The notes: generated from the sequence alone by a model not told the origin. DNA of 62,871 bases from Fibrobacteria bacterium (GCA_043732185.1 JAYTHY010000107.1:1-62871); one strand, 5' to 3'. Shown: positions 26,402-37,056, counted from the stretch's first letter. Made by a program: numbers and translations.

Positions 26402-27349
26402 ATGCCATATAATGATGAAACCTCAGCCTGGGGAAAAGGCGCCGCGCGTTTGATTACTGTAACCCGTGGCCTGGAATCGGATATCATGCACACCGGTTCG
26501 GCCTGCCTGGTAGATGCCCGAGGTGACATTCTTTGGTCCTTGGGCGATGTAGAAATGCGCGCCTTTCTCCGATCCTCAGGTAAGCCCCTGCAAGCCTTGC
26601 CAGTGCTAACCACTGGTGCCGCTACAGCCTTTGGATTGACCGACCAAGAGGTGGCAATTATATGCGGTTCCCATGCCGGCGGGCCTGAACAAATCGCCCA
26701 AGTGGACGGCATTTTGGCCAAATGTAGCTTGACCAAAGATGCACTGGCTTGCGGAGACGGTTTGGCGGATATGTGCTCAGGTAAACATGCAGGCATGCTA
26801 ACCGGATGCCGGCATCTGGGTTTACCCGTAGGCCAGTATCTGGATCCAGAGCACCCTTGGCAACAACACATTCGAAATTCGATTTGCGACCATTGCGGAC
26901 TCGAAGCAGAAGAACTTCACAGCGCCCTGGACGGGTGCTCCGCACCGACCTATTCTCTACCCCTTTATAATATGGCTTTGGGATTTGCCCGTTTGGCCAA
27001 ATCTGCCACCAATTCCAGCGCATCCCAACGTATCCTGCACAGCATGCATGCCTATCCAGGTGGACATACCGGTGAACCTGATTTACGACTGTATTCCGAA
27101 TCAGGAGAGATTGTCACAAAAGGCGGCGTACATGGCATTTTTTGCGCAGCCCTACCGGCCTTAGGATTGGGTTTCGCCCTCAAGGTAACGGATGGCGCAT
27201 CACTCCCGCGTTGGCCAGTATTCACCGAAGCCCTGTTCCGAGCTGGATTCATTTCAGCAAACACTTTAAAAGTAATGCGCCAGGCTTTAGTTCCGCAAAT
27301 TACAACTCGACGCGGCGAAATTGCGGGTTCAATAACGTTGGAATTTTAA
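26402..27349 (+). CDS. Asparaginase II (Rhizobium AnsA-type) family protein
   Basis: RSSGKPLQA, SHAG, CSGKHAG, DGCSAP. Confidence 0.9.
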   Translation: MPYNDETSAWGKGAARLITVTRGLESDIMHTGSACLVDARGDILWSLGDVEMRAFLRSSGKPLQALPVLTTGAATAFGLTDQEVAIICGSHAGGPEQIAQVDGILAKCSLTKDALACGDGLADMCSGKHAGMLTGCRHLGLPVGQYLDPEHPWQQHIRNSICDHCGLEAEELHSALDGCSAPTYSLPLYNMALGFARLAKSATNSSASQRILHSMHAYPGGHTGEPDLRLYSESGEIVTKGGVHGIFCAALPALGLGFALKVTDGASLPRWPVFTEALFRAGFISANTLKVMRQALVPQITTRRGEIAGSITLEF

Positions 27350-27570
27350 CACTGGGTCTACAGTTCGTACCGAAAATTGAACTTTTCCGCCAGAGTGGGT
27401 TTTGTTACTTCTACACTAAATAAAAGTACTGCAGCCCTACCTGCAATTCGCACCCTCTTGACGCTGTGCCAAAACATTTTCAAATCATCTGAAAACCACC
27501 CATTCTACGGGAAAAGAATGAATACCTTTGAAACGGAGATTGCATACTACTTTTCAATCGAGGCCAGGCT

Positions 27571-29304
27571 ATGAATGGGAAAAATCGAAACACATTTTTA
27601 GCGGTAAAATTGCTCCTGCTTTCCATCTTGTCCACCTTTGTATGTGTGTCAGGCGATACGCCTTTGAAAGCGATGCATCCCTCTTTTGAACTGATAAATT
27701 TCCGTCCTCCGGAGCTCAAACCGCAGGTCACGGGATTTGGCTGGCTCTCAAATGGTGATTTGGTTTTTTCTCATTGGAACGGTGTACAGTCCTTGGTGCA
27801 TACTCGACAGGACTCCGGCATGGTGTATATCATGAAAGGGGCCGGTGGGGATAATCCTCAGAATGTGACCTACAAAGTCTTCGCAAAAAAACTCGAAGAC
27901 GTTTTGGGAATGATTGTCATTAATGATTCCATATATATTTCAGGAGGAACCACTCTCACCCGGTTAATCGATACCGATAAAGATGGTGTTGCCGACAAAT
28001 TTGATACTATTTGGCATGACGAAAAACCACGGGGCCGACATGAATTTTTCTTTGGGCTCGTAGAACAACAGGGTAAAATTTATGGCCTGCTTTCCTCGCA
28101 AAAAGATGGAAATGTATTCAATCCTAACCGAGGCACTTGGATTGTCATTGACATTAAAACCAAAAAGATGGAAGTACTCGCAGCGGGTTTACGCGAACCA
28201 AACGGAATAAACATCGGTCCAGACGGTGAATTTTTTTCTCCCGACGTCCAAGGAAACTGGTTGCCCAGCTGTAAATTGAACCACCTTGTGAAAGGTCGAT
28301 TCTACGGATACAGATCCAATATTCCTTCGGGATGGGAAAATCTTCCGGATGCCGCTCCGGCAATTTATCTCCCGCAAATAGATATGTGCCGGTCACCCAG
28401 CAATCCATTGGTCCTTAGAGAGGGCCCATACAAGGGTCAGATGATTATGGGAGACGTGTCCTATGGCGGTTTGTCGAGAATCTTTCTAGAAAAAGTTGGG
28501 GGAGAATATCAGGGCTGCGTGTTTGATTTTGCAGGCGGATTGGAATCTGGCATGGAAAAAATTGCATACGGCCCCGACGGCATGATCTATTTAGGTGGAA
28601 TGGGAAGCATGGGTGGATGGTGGGCTTGGGACAGTCCACTAAAAAGCTGGACGCTTTTTGGATTGCAAAAAATAAAGCCTACCGCTAAAACAGTTTTTGA
28701 AATGAAAGCAGTCCGATCAAAAGGCTCCACAACATTGGAAATTGAATTCACTGAACCTGCCGGTGAGGCAGCTGCTATTGCCTCAAATTACGCCGTGTCT
28801 ACTTGGCATTATACCCCAACCTTAAATTATGGGGGGCCACCCATTGACTCACAGCCTTTGCCCGTGATTTCAGTAAATCTGTCGGCAGATAAAATGAAGG
28901 CTACCTTGACGTTTACAAAACTTATCGAAAAATACCTGGTGTACATAAAACTGGCAGATGGCATCAAATCCGCCACGGGTGGCGCTCCATGGGTAAATAG
29001 AACATATTATACCCTGAATAAATTTGGGCCGGGAGTGGATGTTACCAGCCCAGTGCGTAGCCCAGAATCCAATCAAAAAAAAGTCGCCGTTAGATTTAAT
29101 GCCGTATACGGAGTCAACCAGTTGATACTGCCCGATAAGACTGCTTTTGAACTGTCCTTATTTAACTTGCAAGGCTTGCGCATAACTACCTTCAAGGGAT
29201 TTGGAAACCTAATCGTACAAGCAACACCAACTATGCCTAACGGCATTTATACCATATCCGGTAAGGTAGGTGGCGCCAGGTTTGTCCAAAGGCTTCTGCT
29301 GTAA
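27571..29304 (+). CDS. Secreted sugar/sorbosone-dehydrogenase-like beta-propeller protein with Ig-like and CTD-like C-terminus
   Basis: Signal peptide; AAGLREPNG..D.QGNW.P; DTDKDGVAD; C-terminal 'LFNLQG..PNGIY'. Confidence 0.65.
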   Translation: MNGKNRNTFLAVKLLLLSILSTFVCVSGDTPLKAMHPSFELINFRPPELKPQVTGFGWLSNGDLVFSHWNGVQSLVHTRQDSGMVYIMKGAGGDNPQNVTYKVFAKKLEDVLGMIVINDSIYISGGTTLTRLIDTDKDGVADKFDTIWHDEKPRGRHEFFFGLVEQQGKIYGLLSSQKDGNVFNPNRGTWIVIDIKTKKMEVLAAGLREPNGINIGPDGEFFSPDVQGNWLPSCKLNHLVKGRFYGYRSNIPSGWENLPDAAPAIYLPQIDMCRSPSNPLVLREGPYKGQMIMGDVSYGGLSRIFLEKVGGEYQGCVFDFAGGLESGMEKIAYGPDGMIYLGGMGSMGGWWAWDSPLKSWTLFGLQKIKPTAKTVFEMKAVRSKGSTTLEIEFTEPAGEAAAIASNYAVSTWHYTPTLNYGGPPIDSQPLPVISVNLSADKMKATLTFTKLIEKYLVYIKLADGIKSATGGAPWVNRTYYTLNKFGPGVDVTSPVRSPESNQKKVAVRFNAVYGVNQLILPDKTAFELSLFNLQGLRITTFKGFGNLIVQATPTMPNGIYTISGKVGGARFVQRLLL

Positions 29305-29375
29305 TAGAATCATGGCAATACTGGCAATCCAACCTTTGAACCGAATGATTTCCTAAACACTGCTCGGAGTCCATC

Positions 29376-30518
29376 ATGATTAGCAAACCGTATCACACTT
29401 TCCTAGCCTCAATGTTATGCGCTTCCATCTTCCCGATCTGCGCACAAGTCAATACCCTAAGCCCACAAGAGTCTCAAGCAGGCTATGATCTGCTATTCAA
29501 TGGCAAGGATTTGAATAATTGGCATGCCTACCGCTCCACTGGAGTGAATACCTACTGGACCGTGGAAACCAATGCTCCATTGGGTCCGCGTATCCAAAAT
29601 CATTCCGGATCATGGGAGCCGATTTTGTCAAACAAAACATATAAGAATTTTGACATGAAGGTTGAAATTGCCCCTGGGGTCGCTTCCAATAGCGGCATTT
29701 TTTTTCGTTACCAGGAAATCGCCACTAACTACGGAAACGCACGATCTGGTCCGGAAATGCAAATTTGCGCCGCAGGAAATTCCGATTGCGACAGTCCTCT
29801 ACATAAATTCGGAGCTGTCTACGATATGTTCCCGGTCAACGACCCCGTCCGCAATACCTGGGACAAACCGGCCGGTCAGTGGAACGAAGTACGCGTGGTT
29901 GCTTTTGATAGCAATTATGTCCATTATGGAAACGACTTGAAATTGGTGGAGTATAAAATTGGGTCGCCGGCATTCATTGCCGCATACAACGCCAGCAAAT
30001 ATAGTGGTGATGGAAACAATGGAAACTATTACAACATCCACTTCGGAAGCATTCTTTTACAAAACCACAATGAACCGACGCCGGTCTCATTTCGGAATTT
30101 ACGCATAAGAGAGCTTAAAGTAAATCCGCTCCGCCAAGAATTTAAGGACGGTGTTTGGCCAGCAACTCTGCCCCTCTCGTATGTATTTGGGAAAAGAGGG
30201 TGCATGGATAACTTGGCAAAAAATTATGACCCAACAGCCGAAGTATCCGATTCCTCCTGCATTGCTGTCACCTTAATTGAAAAAAGAATCGGTAAATTGA
30301 AGGTCGCCTCGCGCAAGCTAAGCGAGGGAGTTTATAGTGTGACATTGACGGATACCCATTCGGATTTTTCAGTTTATACGGTCGCCGGACAATCGATTGC
30401 ATTTCAAAAATCGGACCTTAATGGATATGTTTTTAAATCGCCGGACAAGACAGGCTTCTTGATCCTAAAATTCCGTCTGGGTGGAACGCCCGTCTCTCGA
30501 CTAATCAGCATTCAGTAA
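29376..30518 (+). CDS. Secreted DUF1080 (3-keto-disaccharide hydrolase-like) protein
   Basis: NTLSPQE..GY.LLFNGKDL..W; NSGIFF; GAVYD; GQWN; LQNH..V.FRNLRI. Confidence 0.85.
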   Translation: MISKPYHTFLASMLCASIFPICAQVNTLSPQESQAGYDLLFNGKDLNNWHAYRSTGVNTYWTVETNAPLGPRIQNHSGSWEPILSNKTYKNFDMKVEIAPGVASNSGIFFRYQEIATNYGNARSGPEMQICAAGNSDCDSPLHKFGAVYDMFPVNDPVRNTWDKPAGQWNEVRVVAFDSNYVHYGNDLKLVEYKIGSPAFIAAYNASKYSGDGNNGNYYNIHFGSILLQNHNEPTPVSFRNLRIRELKVNPLRQEFKDGVWPATLPLSYVFGKRGCMDNLAKNYDPTAEVSDSSCIAVTLIEKRIGKLKVASRKLSEGVYSVTLTDTHSDFSVYTVAGQSIAFQKSDLNGYVFKSPDKTGFLILKFRLGGTPVSRLISIQ

Positions 30519-30554
30519 ACTACGCGCAGAGCAACAAAATTATGAGATTACCCA

Positions 30555-32039
30555 ATGAACCATAAGATTTTAAAGATTTTTTCGGCGGGACTTTTGTTCC
30601 TTTCAACTGCAATTTCGAATGCGAATGCAAATGAAGACGCACAAATTCAATTAAAGGGTGCTACCACTTTTTATGAATTTGGAAGAATCAAAAAAGGTTT
30701 GGAGCTGGGTACGAATACGATAGACAATATGTGGGTACAACGCTTTGGCGGAATATTTGATTTGGTGGCCAGCCAAGGCTCTAATTTGAATATCTATTTA
30801 GGGGCCGGCAGTATCTTTTGGCATCCAATACCCTCTATTTCCACCCAGTCTGCCTCTGAAGTTTTTTACGGCGACGCAATTTTATCCAAGGCCTACCTTC
30901 AATACAGATTCGGCGATTCTGCGACCTCCAGGCTTCAAACCAAAGCAGGGTATTTCAACGTAAAATACGGCAAATCCAAAAATCTCGGTGAATATCTGTT
31001 CCGAACCGGCGCGTATCCTACTTACATCATTACGGGTAATGCACTGGGAACGGTTAATACAGCGTCGGCAAAAGTTTTGGGTACGCAATGGACACAAACC
31101 CTTGGCGATCATTTTGAACACAGTCTTTTATTGTCCAGTGAACGCGACTCGTATCCCTACATGGATTTTTCCTTAAGCTATTTGGCGGATTTTAAATCGG
31201 ATGCTTTCACTTTTGGGGCCGGCCTTATGTTGAGCCGCCTGATTCCGGTTACACCTAGCAAAACAACCCCACCTTTGGGAAAAGGCCGGGATACGACCTA
31301 TAACATTGTCCCTTTTATGAAAAACACTTATTTCAAATACAATGGGAAATACTTGACGTTCAATAGCGAATACTATTTAGCCCTAGCCAAGGCAAACAAA
31401 ATTAAGAAGGATACATCAGGTGAAAAATATTGGACCAGCGTTGCCAACACGGTTGATAGCCTATTCAAGGTCTGGGACACAACATCTGTTCCTCGCCCAA
31501 AAATGGAATCGTTCACTTTCAAGGCCGTAGTGCCTATGGTCCACGCTTCTATTGATTTCGGCCAACTTATTGGTTCAAGTCATTTCAAAAAGGACGACTT
31601 TCTTCTTTACGGTGAATCCATTCTTTTGGGGATGATCAACCAGCCCATTTTCTATGAGCACCGAATGGACCGATTGGTTATGATGGCCGGATTGAATATC
31701 CCCACCTTTGGCATTCTCAATATGCTGAATATCGAGGCAGAATATTTTCCATCTAAATATGTAAATGGCTATGCCACGGCAGCAGAAGCACATATGCCAC
31801 TACCCGACTATATTTATGATAAAACCACTTTAAGCTATGACGCTGGTGACTGGAAGAATGACGATTGGAAATGGTCGGTATTTATTGAAAAGAAATTAGG
31901 GAAGGCCATTTCCCTTCAATCTCAAATTGCCAGTGACCATTTGCGGGGACGGCAAACCACCCGAATCGTAACCCCTCAATCAATACTTATAGACAAAGAT
32001 CATTGGTACTACATGTTCAAATTCGTGGCTTCTATTTGA
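30555..32039 (+). CDS. Putative outer-membrane beta-barrel protein
   Basis: Signal peptide; aromatic-rich alternating strands; ends WYYMFKFVASI. Confidence 0.55.
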   Translation: MNHKILKIFSAGLLFLSTAISNANANEDAQIQLKGATTFYEFGRIKKGLELGTNTIDNMWVQRFGGIFDLVASQGSNLNIYLGAGSIFWHPIPSISTQSASEVFYGDAILSKAYLQYRFGDSATSRLQTKAGYFNVKYGKSKNLGEYLFRTGAYPTYIITGNALGTVNTASAKVLGTQWTQTLGDHFEHSLLLSSERDSYPYMDFSLSYLADFKSDAFTFGAGLMLSRLIPVTPSKTTPPLGKGRDTTYNIVPFMKNTYFKYNGKYLTFNSEYYLALAKANKIKKDTSGEKYWTSVANTVDSLFKVWDTTSVPRPKMESFTFKAVVPMVHASIDFGQLIGSSHFKKDDFLLYGESILLGMINQPIFYEHRMDRLVMMAGLNIPTFGILNMLNIEAEYFPSKYVNGYATAAEAHMPLPDYIYDKTTLSYDAGDWKNDDWKWSVFIEKKLGKAISLQSQIASDHLRGRQTTRIVTPQSILIDKDHWYYMFKFVASI

Positions 32040-32108
32040 TACTTCGCAATTGAATGCGGTATGCCTTTTGCACCATGCACTTTAAAGTTTAATGGGAACG
32101 GAGAGCCT

Positions 32109-32300
32109 TTAGGTGAACCTGGACTCTTCCTCGAAATAACCCTTGGCAGCCCCGCATTTGGGACAGCACCAATCCTCGGGAACATCTTGCCAAAGAGTGC
32201 CAGGAGCAATGCCTGAATCCGGATCCCCTAGCGCTTCGTCGTAAATATGCATGCATAACATGCATACATATCGGCGTTGGCCAGGTTCCGGTGAATTCAT
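32109..32300 (-). CDS. Rubredoxin
   Basis: [32 protein letters not shown]. Confidence 0.95.
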   Translation of the reverse strand: MNSPEPGQRRYVCMLCMHIYDEALGDPDSGIAPGTLWQDVPEDWCCPKCGAAKGYFEEESRFT

Positions 32301-32321
32301 ATCAAACTATAATCTAAAGGC

Positions 32322-32810
32322 TTAAACTGCCGGGGGACGCCAAGCATCGGAAGTCGTCAGATGTGATGCCCCCGAGGCCTTCAAATAAAGGAATAATTGC
32401 ATTCGATACCCGGTTACCCACTTCAATGGATAATTGATCAAGCCCTCACCTTTTTTCAGCGTCTCGCCCCACGGGAAAGTGAATTCTTCATCAGTGAGCG
32501 TGACAACGGGCACCGCGCGCACTAAACGCTCAACTTCATCCGCTTGCCAGCGCATTCGGACCGGAAAATCAGATGCTGGCATGTCCTTGGTCGCCTCATT
32601 GGCCGGCATACCAAGGGACCAATCCCCCACCAGAATCCGTCGCACTACGTTATAAGGGCCATAGCTTAGGTACCGCAGCAGCTCCAGGGTATTGCGCTGA
32701 CCCAGGGTTGGGCGATAATCCAGGCACCCGGGCGGCATTTTGTTGAAAAGATTAATACTGACTTCGGCTTCTTTGCGGTACGAGCGCACAAATTGGTCTA
32801 CAGAATACAT
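32322..32810 (-). CDS. DinB/YfiT-like four-helix protein
   Basis: LDYRPT..QR.TLELLRYL..YRMQLFLYLK. Confidence 0.65.
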   Translation of the reverse strand: MYSVDQFVRSYRKEAEVSINLFNKMPPGCLDYRPTLGQRNTLELLRYLSYGPYNVVRRILVGDWSLGMPANEATKDMPASDFPVRMRWQADEVERLVRAVPVVTLTDEEFTFPWGETLKKGEGLINYPLKWVTGYRMQLFLYLKASGASHLTTSDAWRPPAV

Positions 32811-32847
32811 GAGCTTTCCTTTCAAGTGTGAATAGCGATAGTGAACA

Positions 32848-33858
32848 TCATTTAACGATCACCAATTCGGATTCGTTATAATACGTGCCTTTATAAGTAG
32901 CAATGCAATTCTTCCCGTTTTGTTTTGCAAAATTCTTGGCGCGATTGGCGCGATCTTCCACTTCCCGCTCAGTTAAAAAACAATCTGAGGGGACAAATAA
33001 GGCGCCGATGGATACGCTTGTCTTTTCTGAGATACCGCGATAACTGATCATCCGCAGTTTCTGCTGGAATTCCTTGATGAATCCTACCCCCATGGATAGA
33101 CTAAAATTGGGAAGCAGTAGAATATATTCGTCACCGCCGTAGCGATAGCCTTGCCCATGCGTATACAAATGGGACTCCATCAACTCCATAAATCGCGGCA
33201 ACAAATCACGGTCGATTTTCGTTTCACCGTGGCGCGTATTGAATGATTTGAAATCATCGATGTCCAGGTAGGCCACCATCAAACCATTGGATCGCAGCTC
33301 GCATTTTTCCCGATAGTACCTTAGATCTTTGACAAACAAAGAAGGAGCCTGGAGAATATGAAACTTTTCGTCGTAATCCCGCTTCTCCAAAGTGAGGGAA
33401 GAATTGTGCATTTCTTCAACAAATTTAATGGAGAGGAATTCCGTCAAATGCGGCACACGCAGAGCCTGCGCTTCTTGAAACCAAGGTGCCTCCATAATTT
33501 TCCGTACCGGTTCCAACTCTTTTTCCAGATTTCCGATTAGCTCAGGGTGAAAGGTTTTGCTAAGCGGCTCCTCCAACTTGGACGCAACGATACGCCGCTG
33601 ATGGATGATAATGCGCTTGATTAAAGGTGCGTACTCATCGGCCACGGCATGCTCTTCTTTAATGGCTCCGCCGGCATTTCGTTTTTTAAGGAACTTCACC
33701 AATTCGGACAACTTAACCAAAATATTGTCCACTTCGCTTGGGAGCTTGTACCCGATTTGGGCCTGAAGTTTGACGACCAGATTTTTTTTAAACCAGTCGT
33801 GAAAGGCTTCCGAGTATTTCTCGATCATGTCGCATTGGTCATTAGAAAAAATAGGCAT
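32848..33858 (-). CDS. Atypical GGDEF-domain protein (GGDEY)
   Basis: YLDIDDFKSFN; YRYGGDEY; SVSIG; AK.NGKN. Confidence 0.85.
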   Translation of the reverse strand: MPIFSNDQCDMIEKYSEAFHDWFKKNLVVKLQAQIGYKLPSEVDNILVKLSELVKFLKKRNAGGAIKEEHAVADEYAPLIKRIIIHQRRIVASKLEEPLSKTFHPELIGNLEKELEPVRKIMEAPWFQEAQALRVPHLTEFLSIKFVEEMHNSSLTLEKRDYDEKFHILQAPSLFVKDLRYYREKCELRSNGLMVAYLDIDDFKSFNTRHGETKIDRDLLPRFMELMESHLYTHGQGYRYGGDEYILLLPNFSLSMGVGFIKEFQQKLRMISYRGISEKTSVSIGALFVPSDCFLTEREVEDRANRAKNFAKQNGKNCIATYKGTYYNESELVIVK

Positions 33859-33930
33859 AGTGTTTCAAAAGTATTCACTCTCAGCCAGTTTGCGAGGTCA
33901 AAAAAGAAAATGCTGAACCGATTTCAACAA

Positions 33931-34917
33931 TCAGCCGGAAGCGGCCATGCCTTGCGTGACGGCCAAGGCTTGATCCAATACATTCAGCCCTGCACCCGGT
34001 AAACCCGCATTTTCGCTTAAGTACCGACGCCACGCCCTACCACCGCGCACACCTTGAAAAAGTCCAAGAATGTGCCGGGTCATGGAATGCAGGCGTACAC
34101 CTCGACTGAGTTCGGCAGCTACGTAGGGTTTAAAGGCTTCCAAAATCTCAGCTCGACTTGAAATTGGGGTGGGATCTCCAAAAAAACGCCCGTCTACCGC
34201 CGTCAGTAGATAAGGATTTTCATAGGCTGCCCGGCCCACCATGACACCCGCGAAATCCTTAAGATGCGCCTCCATCTGATCCAAGGTTGTGATGCCGCCA
34301 TTCAGTTCAAACCGAAGTTGGGGGAAATCCCCCTGTAACCGCAGGACAACATCATAGCGCAAGGGCGGTATGGTACGGTTTTCTTTAGGGCTTAACCCAT
34401 GCAGCCAAGCCTTACGCGCATGAACAATGAATGTATTGCACCCTGCTGCAGAAACGGTCCCGATGAAATGCGCCAACTCTTGGTATGAATCCTTGTCATC
34501 GATTCCAATGCGGGTCTTGACGGTAACCGGTAGGTGAACGGCATCCTTCATAGCAGCTACACAGCGTGCCACCAAATCGGGTTCGGCCATCAGGCAGGCG
34601 CCGAAATGTCCCCCCTGCACTCGATCACTGGGACAACCGACATTGAGATTTATTTCATCATAGCCGAATTGCAGCCCCACCTTGGCGCTGGCCGCCAACT
34701 CGGCTGGATTGGCACCGCCCAATTGCAAGGCAACGGGATGCTCAGCTGCGTCAAAAGCCAGTAGCCGATCTGCCTTTCCGTGCAGAATGGCCCCAGTCGT
34801 GACCATTTCCGTATACAGGTGGACACGCTTGGAAAGCAAACGGAGAAAGAACCGAAAATGCCTATCGGTCCATTCCATCATGGGTGCTACAGAAATACGA
34901 CTCAAATTCCGATCCAT
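33931..34917 (-). CDS. dusA: tRNA dihydrouridine(20/20a) synthase
   Basis: VAPMMEWTDRH; NLNVGCPSDRVQ; HARKAWL.GLSPKENR. Confidence 0.95.
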   Translation of the reverse strand: MDRNLSRISVAPMMEWTDRHFRFFLRLLSKRVHLYTEMVTTGAILHGKADRLLAFDAAEHPVALQLGGANPAELAASAKVGLQFGYDEINLNVGCPSDRVQGGHFGACLMAEPDLVARCVAAMKDAVHLPVTVKTRIGIDDKDSYQELAHFIGTVSAAGCNTFIVHARKAWLHGLSPKENRTIPPLRYDVVLRLQGDFPQLRFELNGGITTLDQMEAHLKDFAGVMVGRAAYENPYLLTAVDGRFFGDPTPISSRAEILEAFKPYVAAELSRGVRLHSMTRHILGLFQGVRGGRAWRRYLSENAGLPGAGLNVLDQALAVTQGMAASG

Positions 34918-34940
34918 GGAACTAGTTTATTCTGCTAGCG

Positions 34941-36173
34941 CTAGGCTCGTTTGAGGTCTTTGGCCAAGTACAGGCTAACAAGAATTGAGCAGGTTCCCAG
35001 CAAGCCGATCCAGAAATAATGTTGCAGATGGCCATCTGTACCTCGTGCAATAATAGCGGCGGAAATAACGGAAGCAAGTCCAGAGGCAAACTGTTGCATA
35101 GCTGAATTGATGCTCATAAAGGCCCCGCGATACCGCCCTTCTACACTATTTGTCACCATGGCCATTCCGGGAATAAATCGTCCGGATGCAAGCACCATGA
35201 AACATGTTGTTACGGTAAGCGCTGTCCATAAAGGCACCTTAGGCAGATTTGTAAGTGCCAAAATAGGCAGGATAGCGAAAAGACTAGTGATGGTAAAAAT
35301 CTTCAGCAAACCTATCCTATCTGCCAAACGACCCAACCAGCGCATGGAAAAGAATGTCGCACCCCCACCGCATAAATAAATAAGCGGCAATTGGTCATTG
35401 GTTAGCCCGCAATTGGAAACCAAGTACGGGCTGATATAAGGAATAAGCATGAATCCTGCCATGGTCATAAAAATCGTGAGTCCAAAGCCACGCCAGTGAT
35501 TGGATTTGGAAAGGATTCTCTTCATCTCCAGCCATGGCTTGGTTTTGCCCTGGGACATATGGCCACGCATGGAAGGCAATATCATTGCAGCCAAAATCAG
35601 AATGACAACGCTCAATCCGCCCAGCAAATAAAATGGTGCGTGCCAGCCTAGATGATTAGCCAGAAATAAACCAGCCGGGACTCCTGCAACGGACGCCAAT
35701 GAAAAGGAAGAAAAGATTGTACCCATTGCGGCCCCACGGCGCATGGGAGGAATCGCATCCCCAATAACCGCCAATATCACCGCTGAGGCCACACCTCCAA
35801 AACCGCCCGCCAGAAAGCGCGCAGCCACCAAAAAATGAAAAGTCGGTGCCAATGCGCAGGCAACCGTACCCAGTCCAAAACCGGCATACAACCACAACAG
35901 CGCCTGCTTACGATCAAAACGATCCAAAAACCAAGCGGCAACTAATCCAAAAAAACCGGCACTGAACGTGTACGTGGACACAATAAGCCCAAACTGACTA
36001 GGCGAAATCTTGAAAATATCCATAAGTCGCGGGCCCAAAGGCATGACAATCATAAAATCCAGGATATGTGTAAATTGCATGGCCGATAAGGCATAAAGCA
36101 AAATCATCTCTTGCCGCTCTGGAAGCGGAAATTGCTGCTGTGTCGGCATGACTTTCGATTTGGACAGGATCAA
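34941..36173 (-). CDS. MFS transporter
   Basis: ~12 TM; DRFDRK motif A. Confidence 0.9.
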   Translation of the reverse strand: MILSKSKVMPTQQQFPLPERQEMILLYALSAMQFTHILDFMIVMPLGPRLMDIFKISPSQFGLIVSTYTFSAGFFGLVAAWFLDRFDRKQALLWLYAGFGLGTVACALAPTFHFLVAARFLAGGFGGVASAVILAVIGDAIPPMRRGAAMGTIFSSFSLASVAGVPAGLFLANHLGWHAPFYLLGGLSVVILILAAMILPSMRGHMSQGKTKPWLEMKRILSKSNHWRGFGLTIFMTMAGFMLIPYISPYLVSNCGLTNDQLPLIYLCGGGATFFSMRWLGRLADRIGLLKIFTITSLFAILPILALTNLPKVPLWTALTVTTCFMVLASGRFIPGMAMVTNSVEGRYRGAFMSINSAMQQFASGLASVISAAIIARGTDGHLQHYFWIGLLGTCSILVSLYLAKDLKRA

Positions 36174-36244
36174 GATTGCTCCAATGGATTCAGGGCTATA
36201 CTAGCTTATTTCCCCCCATTGGTCCATCTTGAAACGAACCGCTG

Positions 36245-36910
36245 TTATTTTATGGGTTTGGCTGGCTTGGCTGGAGGCTTGGCATTGCTGGGTACGGCAC
36301 TCGGAGCTTCCAATTTTCGCACGCCTTCGAACTCCAGTACAAGCTGGACTTCAGGGGCTACAACCAATGCGCCCGTTTCTACCAGCTTATTCCATTTGAG
36401 GCCATACTCCATTCGATTGATGCTGCCACTGGCCGTGAACGCGGCGCGTTCATTGCCCCAGCCATCGTTCATGATTCCACCACCCTTAACGTGTAAGGCG
36501 ATTTCCTTGGTAGTACCCCGCATGGTCAAATCTCCAATGAGGGTGCAAGTCGAATCCTTTTCATTGATATCACGGACTTCCTTGGAAAGGAATTTAATGG
36601 CAGGAAAATGCTCCGCATCGAAGAAATCATTGCTCTTCAAATGCCCGTCGCGCTTGGCATTGGACGTATTGATACTGCCAACGTCAATACTGGCATTGCC
36701 TTTAGTGGCTTTAATATTACCGGGATCGACTGAAAAAGACCCTCCGAATTTTTCAAATTTTCCGGTAACGGTACTGATTCCCAGATGTTTTACTTTGAAT
36801 AATATTGTGCTATGCGCACTATCAATTTGATACTCGGCGGCCTGTACGCTGCCGACCAGAAACAACAAAATTAGAAGTCTTCCCAAAGCAGTGAATTGTG
36901 AACTTTTCAT
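36245..36910 (-). CDS. YceI family protein
   Basis: IDSAHS..F.VKHLG; RDGHLKS.DFFD. Confidence 0.93.
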   Translation of the reverse strand: MKSSQFTALGRLLILLFLVGSVQAAEYQIDSAHSTILFKVKHLGISTVTGKFEKFGGSFSVDPGNIKATKGNASIDVGSINTSNAKRDGHLKSNDFFDAEHFPAIKFLSKEVRDINEKDSTCTLIGDLTMRGTTKEIALHVKGGGIMNDGWGNERAAFTASGSINRMEYGLKWNKLVETGALVVAPEVQLVLEFEGVRKLEAPSAVPSNAKPPAKPAKPIK

Positions 36911-37056
36911 AAACCAGCTCCTTTTGCAGTGTTGGGCTTAATATACGCATTTAGTTGTTGTAACACCTAATTCGCGTCATTTAATTATTGAATTTGTCGA
37001 ATACGCCAAGGGGAACTACTGAAAAAAGGGGAAGGCGAGAGAGACCCGCGCTAAGT

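Noticed and set aside
33931..34940. dusA-associated integrative element
   Set aside because: dusA is intact and directly preceded by an MFS gene; no integrase.
36111..36830. 239-aa plus-strand ORF (likewise 57884..58597 on the minus strand)
   Set aside because: Antisense shadows of yceI and the lipoprotein gene.
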